Shown: positions 23,256-34,800 of the stretch, one piece after another | Position numbering within the stretch: the stretch's first letter is position 1 | Layout of the letters: the number at the start of each line of letters is the position of its first letter | Assembly (NCBI GenBank): GCA_964016885.1 | Contig: OZ024747.1 | Coordinates: forward strand, 29,760,001 to 29,824,000 | DNA: 64,000 nt | From: Eledone cirrhosa | Lineage: Eukaryota | Direction: 5' to 3' | Made by a program: the position numbers and the translations under genes | Notes under the pieces: model-generated | Seen by the model: the letters and a program-made list of their open reading frames with translations, nothing else | Told to the model about the DNA's origin: nothing | The model's database searches: none

Positions 23256-25899
23256 TTTTATGGGGGGGGTCCGTTTTTTATTTGGGTACCCCGTTTTTTA
23301 TTTGGGTGCCCCGTTTTTTTATGGGGGGGGTCCGTTTTTTATTTGGGTGTCCCGTTTTTTTATGGGGGGGGTCCGTTTTTTATTTGGGTGCCCCGTTTTT
23401 TTATGGGGGGGGTCCGTTTTTTATTTGGGTACCCCGTTTTTTATTTGGGTGCCCCGTTTTTTTATGGGGGGATCCGTTTTTTATTTGGGTGCCCCGTTTT
23501 TTATTTGGGTGTCCCGTTTTTTTATGGGGGGATCCGTTTTTTATTTGGGTGCCCCGTTTTTTATGGGGGGGGGGTCCGTTTTTTATTTGGGTACCCCGTT
23601 TTTTATTTGGGTGCCCCGTTTTTTTATGGGGGGGGTCCGTTTTTTATTTGGGTGCCCCGTTTTTTTATGGGGGGGGGTCCGTTTTTTATTTGGGTGCCCC
23701 GTTTTTTTATGGGGGGGGGGTCCCGTTTTTTATTTGGGTGCCCCGTTTTTTTATGGGGGGGGGGGTCCGTTTTTTATTTGGGTACCCCGTTTTTTATTTG
23801 GGTGCCCCGTTTTTTTATGGGGGGGGGTCCGTTTTTTATTTGGGTGCCCCGTTTTTTTATGGGGGGGGTCCGTTTTTTATTTGGGTGCCCCGTTTTTTTA
23901 TGGGGGGGTCCCGTTTTTTATTTGGGTGCCCCGTTTTTTTATGGGGGGGGTCCGTTTTTTATTTGGGTACCCCGTTTTTTATTTGGGTGCCCCGTTTTTT
24001 TATGGGGGGGGTCCGTTTTTTATTTGGGTGCCCCGTTTTTTATTTGGGTGCCCCGTTTTTTTATGGGGGGGATCCGTTTTTTATTTGGGTGCCCCGTTTT
24101 ATATTTGGGTGCCCCGTTTTTTATTTGGGTGCCCCGTTTTTTTATGGGGGGGTCCGTTTTTTATCTGGGTACCCCGTTTTTTATTTGGGTACCCCGTTTT
24201 TTATTTGGGTGCACCGTTTTTTTATGGGGGGGGGGTCCGTTTTTTATTTGGGTGCCCCGTTTTTTTAATGGGGGGGGGGTCCGTTTTTTATTTGGGTGCC
24301 CCGTTTTTTATTTGGGTACCCCGTTTTTTATTTGGGTGCCCCGTTTTTTATTTGGGTGCCCCGTTTTTTTATGGGGGAGTCCGTTTTTTATTTGGGTGCC
24401 CCGTTTTTTATTTGGGTACCCCGTTTTTCATTTGGGTGCCCCGTTTTTTTATGGGGGGGTCCGTTTTTTATTTGGGTGCCCCGTTTTTTTATGGGGGCCG
24501 TTTTTTATTTGGGTACCCCGTTTTTTATTTGGGTGCCCCGTTTTTTATTTGGGTACCCCGTTTTTTATTTGGGTGCCCCGTTTTTTTATGGGGGGGGGTC
24601 CGTTTTTTATTTGGGTGCCCCGTTTTTTTATGGGGGGGGTCCGTTTTTTATTTGGGTGCCCCGTTTTTTTATGGGGGGGTCCCGTTTTTTATTTGGGTGC
24701 CCCGTTTTTTTATGGGGGGGGGTCCGTTTTTTATTTGGGTACCCCGTTTTTTATTTGGGTGCCCCGTTTTTTTATGGGGGGGTCCGTTTTTTATTTGGGT
24801 GCCCCGTTTTTTTATGGGGGGGTCCGTTTTTTATCTGGGTACCCCGTTTTTTATTTGGGTACCCCGTTTTTTATTTGGGTGCCCCGTTTTTTTATGGGGG
24901 GGGGTCCGTTTTTTTATTTGGGTGCCCCGACTTTTATTTGGGTGTCCCGTTTTTTTATGGGGGGGTCCCGTTTTTTATTTGGGTGCCCCGTTTTATATTT
25001 GGGTGCCCCGTTTTTTATTTGGGTGCCCCGTTTTTTTATGGGGGGGTCCGTTTTTTATCTGGGTACCCCGTTTTTTATTTGGGTACCCCGTTTTTTTATG
25101 GGGGGGTCCGTTTTTTATTTGGGTGCCCCGTTTTTTTATGGGGGGGTCCCGTTTTTTATTTGGGTGCCCCGTTTTTTTATGGGGGGGGGGTCCGTTTTTT
25201 ATTTGGGTACCCCGTTTTTTATTTGGGTGCCCCGTTTTTTTATGGGGGGGGTCCGTTTTTTATTTGGGTGCCCCGTTTTTTATTTGGGTGCCCCGTTTTT
25301 TTATGGGGGGGATCCGTTTTTTATTTGGGTGCCCGTTTTATATTTGGGTGCCCCGTTTTTTATTTGGGTGCCCCGTTTTTTTATGGGGGGGTCCGTTTTT
25401 TATCTGGGTACCCCGTTTTTTATTTGGGTACCCCGTTTTTTATTTGGGTGCCCCGTTTTTTTATGGGGGGGGTCCGTTTTTTATTTGGGTGCCCCGTTTT
25501 TTTAATGGGGGGGGTCCGTTTTTTATTTGGGTGCCCCGTTTTTTATTTGGGTACCCCGTTTTTTATTTGGGTGCCCGTTTTTTTCTGGGGGGGTCCCGTT
25601 TTTTATTTGGGTGCCCCGTTTTTATATGGGGGGGGGGGTCCGTTTTTTATTTGGGTACCCCGTTTTTTATTTGGGTGTCCCGTTTTTTTATGGGGGATCC
25701 GTTTTTTATTTGGGTGCCCCGTTTTTTATGGGGGGGGGTCCGTTTTTTATTTGGGTACCCCGTTTTTTATTTGGGTGCCCCGTTTTTTTATGGGGGGGGG
25801 TCCGTTTTTTATTTGGGTGCCCCGTTTTTTTATGGGGGGGGTCCGTTTTTTATTTGGGTGCCCCGTTTTTTTATGGGGGGGTCCCGTTTTTTATTTGGG

Positions 25900-28800
25900 T
25901 GCCCGTTTTTTTATGGGGGGGGGTCCCGTTTTTTATTTGGGTACCCCGTTTTTTTATGGGGGGGGTCCGTTTTTTATTTGGGTACCCCGTTTTTTATTTG
26001 GGTGCCCCGTTTTTTTATGGGGGGGTCCGTTTTTTATTTGGGTGCCCCGTTTTTTTATGGGGGGGGGTCCGTTTTTTATTTGGGTACCCCGTTTTTTATT
26101 TGGGTGCCCCGTTTTTTTATGGGGGGTCCGTTTTTTATTTGGGTGTCCCGTTTTTTACGGGGGGGTCCCGTTTTTTAATTGGGTGCCCCGTTTTTTTATG
26201 GGGGGGGGTCCGTTTTTTATTTGGGTGCCCCGTTTTTTTATGGGGGACCGTTTTTTATCTGGGTACCCCGTTTTTTATTTGGGTACCCCGTTTTTTATTT
26301 GGGTGCCCCGTTTTTTTATGGGGGGGGTCCGTTTTTTATTTGGGTGCCCCGTTTTTTTTATGGGGGGTCCGTTTTTTATTTGGGTACCCCGTTTTTTATT
26401 TGGGTGCCGCGTTTTTCTATGGGGGGGGTCCGTTTTTATTTGGGTGCCCCGTTTTTTTATGGGGGTACCCCGTTTTTTATTTGGGTGCCCCGTTTTTTTA
26501 TGGGGGGGGTCCGTTTTTTATTTGGGTGCCCCGTTTTTTTATGGGGGGTCCCGTTTTTATTTGGGTGCCCCGTTTTTTTATGGGGGGGTCCCGTTTTTTA
26601 TTTGGGTGCCCCGTTTTTTATGGGGGGGGTCCGTTTTTTATTTGGGTGCCCCGTTTTTTTATGGGGGGGTCAGGTTTTTTATTTGGGTGCCCCGTTTTTT
26701 TATGGAGGGGCCGTTTTTATTTGGGTGCCCCGTTTTTCTATGGGGGGGTTCGTTTTTTATTTGGGTACCCCGTTTTTTATTTGGGTGCCCCGTTTTTTTA
26801 TGGGGGGGTCCGTTTTTTAATTGGGTGCCCCGTTTTTTATTTGGGTGCCCCGTTTTTTATTTGGGTGCCCCGTTTTTTTATGGGGGGGGGGCCGTTTTTT
26901 ATTGGGTACCCCGTTTTTTATTTGGGTGCCCCGTTTTTTTTATGGGGGGGGTCCGTTTTTTATTTGGGTGCCCCGTTTTTTTTATGGGGGGGTCCGTTTT
27001 TTATTTGGGTACCCCGTTTTTTATTTGGGTGCCCCGTTTTTTTATGGGGGGGGTCCGTTTTTTATTTGGGTGCCCCGTTTTTTTATGGGGGTACCCCGTT
27101 TTTTATTTGGGTGCCCCGTTTTTTTATGGGGGGGGTCCGTTTTTTATTTGGGTGCCCCGTTTTTTTATGGGGGGTCCCGTTTTTTATTTGGGTGCCCCGT
27201 TTTTTTATGGGGGGGTCCCGTTTTTTATTTGGGTGCCCCGTTCTTTTATGGGGGGGTCCGTTTTTTATTTGGGTGCCCCGTTTTTTTATGGGGGGGTCCC
27301 GATTTTTATTTGGGTGCCCCGTTTTTTTATGGAGGGGCCGTTTTTTATTTGGGTGCCCCGTTTTTTTATGGGGGGGTCCCGTTTTTTATTTGGGTGCCCC
27401 GTTTTTATATGGGGGGGGGTCCGTTTTTTATTTGGGTACCCCGTTTTTTATTTGGGTGCCCCGTTTTTTATGGGGGGGGGGGTCCGTTTTTTATTTGGGT
27501 GCCCCGTTTTTTTATGGGGGGGTCCCGTTTTTTATTTGGGTGCCCCGTTTTTTTATGGGGGGATCCGTTTTTTATTTGGGTACCCCGTTTTTTATTTGGG
27601 TGTCCCGTTTTTTTATGGGGGGGGTACGTTTTTTATTTGGGTGCCCCGTATTTTATTTGGGTGCCCCGTTTTTTTATGGGGGGATCCGTTTTTTATTTGC
27701 GTGCCCCGTTTTATATTTGGGTGCCCCGTTTTTTATTTGGGTGCCCCGTTTTTTTATGGGGGGGTCCGTTTTTTATCTGGGTACCCCGTTTTTTATTTGG
27801 GTACCCGTTTTTTATTTGGGTGCCCCGTTTTTTTATGGGGGGGGGTCCGTTTTTTATTTGGGTGCACCGTTTTTTTTATGGGGGGGTCCGTTTTTTATTT
27901 GGGTGCCCCGTTTTTTATTTGGGTGCCCCGTTTTTTTATGGGGGGGTCCGTTTTTTATTTGGGTGCCCCGTTTTTTATTTGGGTACCCCGTTTTTTATTT
28001 GGGTGCCCCGTTTTTTTATGGGGGGGTCCGTTTTTTATTTGGGTGCCCCGTTTTTTTATGGGGGGGGGGGCGTTTTTTATTTGGGTACCCCGTTTTTTAT
28101 TTGGGTGCCCCGTTTTTTTATGGGGGGGGTCCGTTTTTTATTTGGGTGCCCCGTTTTTTTATGGGGGTACCCCGTTTTTTATTTGGGTGTCCCGTTTTTT
28201 TATGGGGGGGGTCCGTTTTTTATTTGGGTGCCCGTTTTTTTATGGGGGGTCCCGTTTTTTATTTGGGTGCCCCGTTTTTTTTATGGGGGGGTCCCGTTTT
28301 TTATTTGGGTGCCCCGTTTTTTTATGGGGGGGGTCCGTTTTTTATTTGGGTGCCCCGTTTTTTTATGGGGGGGTCCCGTTTTTTATTTGGGTGCCCCGTT
28401 TTTTTATGGAGGGGCCGTTTTTTATTTGGGTGCCCCGTTTTTTTATGGGGGGGTCCGTTTTTTATTTGGGTGCCCCGTTTTTTTATGGGGGGGTCCCGTT
28501 TTTTATTTGGGTGCCCCGTTTTTTTATGGGGGGGGGTCCGTTTTTTATTTGGGTGCCCCGTTTTTTATTTGGGTGCCCCGTTTTTTTATGGGGGGATCCG
28601 TTTTTTATTTGCGTGCCCCGTTTTATATTTGGGTGCCCCGTTTTTTATTTGGGTGCCCCGTTTTTTTATGGGGGGGTCCGTTTTTTTATCTGGGTACCCC
28701 GTTTTTTATTTGGGTACCCCGTTTTTTATTTGGGTGCCCCGTTTTTTTATGGGGGGGGTCCGTTTTTTTATTTGGGTGCCCCGTTTTTTTTATGGGGGGG

Positions 28801-31800
28801 GTCCGTTTTTTATTTGGGTGCCCCGTTTTTTATTTGGGTACCCCGTTTTTTATTTGGGTGCCCCGTTTTTTATTTGGGTGCCCCGTTTTTTTATGGGGGG
28901 GTCCGTTTTTTATTTGGGTGCCCCGTTTTTTATTTGGGTACCCCGTTTTTTATTTGGGTACCCCGTTTTTTATTTGGGTGCCCCGTTTTTTTATGGGGGG
29001 GTCCGTTTTTTATTTGGGTGCCCCGTTTTTTTATGGGGGGGGCCGTTTTTTATTTGGGTACCCCGTTTTTTATTTGGGTGCCCCGTTTTTTTATGGGGGG
29101 GGGGTCCGTTTTTTATTTGGGTGCCCCGTTTTTTTATGGGGGGGATCCGTTTTTTATTTGGGTGCGCCGTTTTTTTATGGGGGGGTCCCGTTTTTTATTT
29201 GGGTGCCCCGTTTTTTTTATGGGGAGGGTCCGTTTTTTATTTGGGTGCCCCGTTTTTTTATTGGGGGGTCCCGTTTTTTATTTGGGTGCCCCGTTTTTTT
29301 ATGGGGGGGGTCCGTTTTTTATTTGGGTACCCCGTTTTTTATTTGGGTGCCCCGTTTTTTTATGGGGGGGGGGGTCCGTTTTTTATTTGGGTGCCCCGTT
29401 TTTTTATGGGGGGTCCCGTTTTTTATTTGGGTGCCCCGTTTTTTTATGGGGAGGGTCCGTTTTTTATTTGGGTGCCCCGTTTTTTTTATGGGGGGGGTCC
29501 CGTTTTTTATTTGGGTGCCCCGTTTTTTATTTGGGTGCCCCGTTTTTTTATGGGGGGGTCCGTTTTTTATTTGGGTGCCCCGTTTTTTTATGGGGGGGTC
29601 CGTTTTTTATTTGGGTGCCCGTTTTTTTTATGGGGGGGTCCGTTTTTTATCTGGGTAACCCGCTTTTTATTTGGGTACCCCGTTTTTTATTTGGGTGCCC
29701 CGTTTTTTTATGGGGGAGATCCGTTTTTTATTTGGGTGCCCCGTTTTTTTATGGGGGGGGGGTCCGTTTTTTATTTGGGTGCCCCGTTTTTTTATGGGGG
29801 GGGTCCGTTTTTTATTTGGGTACCCCGTTTTTTATTTGGGTGCCCCGTTTTTTTATGGGGGGGGTCCGTTTTTTATTTGGGTGCCCCGTTTTTTTATGGG
29901 GGGGGGGGGGGTCCGTTTTTTATTTGGGTGCCCCGTTTTTTTATGGGGGGTCCGTTTTTTATTTGGGTGCCCCGTTTTTTTTATGGGGGGGGTCCCGTTT
30001 TTTATTTGGGTACCCCGTTTTTTTATGGGGGGGTCCGTTTTTTATTTGGGTACCCCGTTTTTTATTTGGGTGCCCCGTTTTTTTATGGGGGGTCCGTTTT
30101 TTATTTGGGTGCCCCGTTTTTTATGGGGGGGGGATCCGTTTTTTATTTGGGTGTCCCGTTTTTTTACGGGGGGGTCCCGTTTTTTATTTGGGTGCCCCGT
30201 TTTTTATTTGGGTGCCCGTTTTTTTATGGGGGGGGGGTCCGTTTTTTATTTGGGTGCCCGTTTTTTTATGGGGGGACCGTTTTTTATCTGGGTACCCCGT
30301 TGTTTATTTGGGTACCCCGTTTTTTATTTGGGTGCCCGTTTTTTTATGGGGGGGGTCCGTTTTTTATTTGGGTGCCCCATTTTTTTATGGGGGTACCCCG
30401 TTTTTTATTTGGGTGCCCCGTTTTTTTTATGGGGGGGGGTCCGTTTTTTATTTGGGTGCCCCGTTTTTTTATGGGGGGGGCCGTTTTTTATTTGGGTGCC
30501 CCGTTTTTTTATGGGGGTACCCCGTTTTTTATTTGGGTGCCCCGTTTTTTTATGGGGGGGGTCCGTTTTTTATTTGGGTGCCCCGTTTTTTTATGGGGGG
30601 GGGGCCGTTTTTTATTTGGGTACCCCGTTTTTATTTGGGTGCCCCGTTTTTTATTTGGGTACCCCGTTTTTTATTTGGGTGCCCCGTTTTTTTATGGGGG
30701 GGTCCGTTTTTTATTTGGGTGCCCTCTTTTTTTTATGGGGGGGGTCCGTTTTTTATTTGGGTGCCCCGTTTTTTTATGGGGGGGTCCCGTTTTTTATTTG
30801 GGTGCCCCGTTTTTTTATGGGGGGGGGTCCGTTTTTTATTTGGGTACCCCGTTTTTTATTTGGGTGCCCCGTTTTTTTATGGGGGGGTCCGTTTTTTATT
30901 TGGGTGCCCCGTTTTTTTATGGGGGGGTTCGTTTTTTATCTGGGTACCCCGTTTTTTATTTGGGTACCCCGTTTTTTATTTGGGTGTCCCGTTTTTTTAT
31001 GGGGGGGTCCGTTTTTTATTTGGGTGCCCCGTTTTTTATTTGGGTGTCCCGTTTTTTTATGGGGGGTCCCGTTTTCTATTTGGGTGCCCCGTTTTTTTAT
31101 GGGGGGGCCCGTTTTTTATTTGGGTACCCCGTTTTTTATTTGGGTGTCCCGTTTTTTTATGGGGGGGGTCCCGTTTTTTATTTGGGTGCCCCGTTTTTTT
31201 ATGGGGGGGTCCGTTTTTTATTTGGGTGCCCCGTTTTTTATTTAGGTGCCCCGTTTTTTTATGGGGGGGGTCCGTTTTTTATTTGGGTGCCCCGTTTTTT
31301 TATGGGGGGGGGTCCGTTTTTTATTTGGGTGCCCCGTTTTTTTATGGGGGGGTCCCGTTTTTTATTTGGGTGCCCCGCTTTTTTATGGGGGGTCCGTTTT
31401 TTATTTGGGTACCCCGTTTTTTATTTGGGTGCCCCGTTTTTTTATGGGGGGGTCCGTTTTTTATTTGGGTGCCCCGTTTTTTTATGGGGGGGTCCGTTTT
31501 TTATTTGGGTGCCCCGTTTTTTTATGGGGGGGGTCCGTTTTTTATTTGGGTGCCCCGTTTTTTTATGGGGGGGGTCCGTTTTTTATTTGGGTGCCCCGTT
31601 TTTTATGGGGGGGTCCCGTTTTTTATTTGGGTGCCTCGTTTTTTTATGGGGGGGTCCGTTTTTTATTTGGGTACCCCGTTTTTTATTTGGGTGCCCCGTT
31701 TTTTTATGGGGGGGGTCCGTTTTTTATTTGGGTGCCCCGTTTTTTATTTGGGTGCCCCGTTTCTTTATGGGGGGGATCCGTTTTTTATTTGGGTGCCCCG

Positions 31801-34800
31801 TTTTATATTTGGGTGCCCCGTTTTTTATTTGGGTGCCCCGTTTTTTTATGGGGGGGTCCGTTTTTTATCTGGGTACCCCGTTTTTTATTTGGGTACCCCG
31901 TTTTTTATTTGGGTGCCCCGTTTTTTTATGGGGGGGTCCGTTTTTATTTGGGTGCCCCGTTTTTTTTATGGGGGGGGTCCGTTTTTTATTTGGGTGCCCC
32001 GTTTTTTATTTGGGTACCCCGTTTTTTATTTGGGTGCCCCGTTTTTTATTTGGGTGCCCCGTTTTTTATGGGGGAGTCCGTTTTTTATTTGGGTGCCCCG
32101 TTTTTTATTTGGGTACCCCGTTTTTTATTTGGGTGCCCCGTTTTTTTATGGGGGGGTTCGTTTTTTATTTGGGTGCCCCGTTTTTTTATGGGGGGGCCGT
32201 TTTTTATTTGGGTACCCCGTTTTTTATTTGGGTGCCCCGTTTTTTTATGGGGGGGTCTCGTTTTTTATTTGGGTGCCCCGTTTTATTATTTGGGTGCCCC
32301 GTTTTTTTATGGGGGGGGCCGTTTTTTATTTGGGTGCCCCGTTTTTTTATGGGGGGGGTCCGTTTTTTATTTGGGTACCCCGTTTTTTATTTGGGTGCCC
32401 CGTTTTTTTATGGGGGTTCCGTTTTTTATTTGGGTGTCCCGTTTTTTATTTGGGTGTCCCGTTTTTTTATGGGGGGGTCCGTTTTTTTATTTGGGTGCCC
32501 CGTTTTTTTATGGGGGCGGGGTCCGTTTTTTATTTGGGTACCCCTTTTGTTATTTGGGTGCCCCGTTTTTTTATGGGGGGGGTCCGTTTTTTATTTGGGT
32601 GCCCCGTTTTTTTATGGGGGGGTCCCGTTTTTTATTTGGGTGCCCCGTTTTTTTATGGGGGGGGGTCCGTTTTTTATTTGGGTACCCCGTTTTTTATTTG
32701 GGTGCCCCGTTTTTTATGGGGGATCCGTTTTTTATTTGGGTGTCCCGTTTTTTATTTGGGTGTCCCGTTTTTTTATGGGGGGGGGGGTCCGTTTTTTATT
32801 TGGGTGCCCCGTTTTTTTATGGGGGGGTCCCGTTTTTTATTTGGGTGCCCCGTTTTTTTATGGGGGGGGTCCGTTTTTTATTTGGGTACCCCGTTTTTTA
32901 TTTGGGTGCCCCGTTTTTTATGGGGGGATCCGTTTTTTATTTGGGTGTCCCGTTTTTTATTTGGCTGTCCCGTTTTTTATGGGGGGGGGGTCCGTTTTTT
33001 ATTTGGGTGCCCCGTTTTTTTATGGGGGGTCCCGTTTTTTATTTGGGTGCCCCGTTTTTTTATGGGGTGGTCCCGTTTCTTATTTGGGTGCCCCGTTTTT
33101 TTATGGGGGGTCCGTTTTTTATTTGGGTACCCCGTTTTTTATTTGGGTGCCCCGTTTTTTTATGGGGGGGTCCGTTTTTTATTTGGGTGCCCCGTTTTTT
33201 ATTTGGCTGTCCCGTTTTTTTATGGGGGGGGGGGTCCGTTTTTTATTTGGGTGCCCCGTTTTTTTATGGGGGGGTCCCGTTTTTTATTTGGGTGCCCCGT
33301 TTTTTTATGGGGTGGTCCCGTTTCTTATTTGGGTGCCCCGTTTTTTTATGGGGGGGTCCGTTTTTTATTTGGGTACCCCGTTTTTTATTTGGGTGCCCCG
33401 TTTTTTTATGGGGGGGTCCGTTTTTTATTTGGGTGCCCCGTTTTTTTATGGGGGGGGGTCCGTTTTTTATTTGGGTACCCCGTTTTTTATTTGGGTGCCC
33501 CGTTTTTTATGGGGGGATCCGTTTTTTATTTGGGTGTCCCGTTTTTTATTTGGGTGTCCCGTTTTTTTATGGGGGGGGTCCGTTTTTTATTTGGGTGCCC
33601 CGTTTTTTTATGGGGGGGTCCCGTTTTTTATTTGGGTGCCCCGTTTTTTTTATGGGGGGGTCCCGTTTCTTATTTGGGTGCCCCGTTTTTTTATGGGGGG
33701 GGTCCGTTTTTTATTTGGGTACCCCGTATTTTATTTGGGTGCCCCGTTTTTTTATGGGGGGGTCCGTTTTTTATTTGGGTGCCCCGTTTTTTTATGGGGG
33801 GGGGGTCCGTTTTTTATTTGGGTGCCCCGTTTTTTTATGGGGGGGGTCCGTTTTTTATTTGGGTACCCCGTGTTTTATTTGGGTGCCCCGTTTTTTTATG
33901 GGGGGGGTCCGTTTTTTATTTGGGTGCCCCGTTTTTTTATGGGGGGGTCCCGTTTTTTATTTGGGTGCCCCGTTTTTTTATGGGGGGGGTCCCGTTTTTT
34001 ATTTGGGTACCCCGTTTTTTTATGGGGGGGGTCCGTTTTTTATTTGGGTACCCCGTTTTTTATTTGGGTGCCCCGTTTTTTTATGGGGGGGTCCGTTTTT
34101 TATTTGGGTGCCCCGTTTTTTTATGGGGGGGGGTCCGTTTTTTATTTGGGTACCCCGTTTTTTATTTGGGTGCCCCGTTTTTTTATGGGGGGGTCCGTTT
34201 TTTATTTGGGTGTCCCGTTTTTTTACGGGGGGGTCCCGTTTTTTAATTGGGTGCCCCGTTTTTTTATGGGGGGGGTCCGTTTTTTATTTGGGTGCCCCGT
34301 TTTTTTATGGGGGGACCGTTTTTTATCTGGGTACCCCGTTTTTTATTTGGGTACCCCGTTTTTTATTTGGGTGCCCCGTTTTTTTATGGGGGGGGTCCGT
34401 TTTTTATTTGGGTGCCCCGTTTTTTTTATGGGGGGGTCCGTTTTTTATTTGGGTACCCCGTTTTTTATTTGGGTGCCGCGTTTTTTTATGGGGGGGGTCC
34501 GTTTTTTATTTGGGTGCCCCGTTTTTTTATGGGGGTACCCCGTTTTTTATTTGGGTGCCCCGTTTTTTTATGGGGGGGGTCCGTTTTTTATTTGGGTGCC
34601 CCGTTTTTTTATGGGGGGTCCCGTTTTTTATTTGGGTGCCCCGTTTTTTTATGGGGGGGTCCCGTTTTTTATTTGGGTGCCCCGTTTTTTTATGGGGGGG
34701 GTCCGTTTTTTATTTGGGTGCCCCGTTTTTTTATGGGGGGGTCCCGTTTTTTATTTGGGTGCCCCGTTTTTTTATGGAGGGGCCGTTTTTTATTTGGGTG

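Noticed and set aside
23200-23300. Transposon insertion or target-site duplication at the A/B boundary
   Set aside because: No unique sequence, terminal inverted repeat, LTR or duplicated target is visible; the arrays join directly.
23281-23320. GGGT(G/A)CCC plus T-run as Rho-independent or Pol III terminators; minus-strand AATAAA as poly(A) signals
   Set aside because: The stem is only 3 bp with a 2-nt loop, there is no transcription unit in the window, and such motifs are expected in a T-rich repeat.
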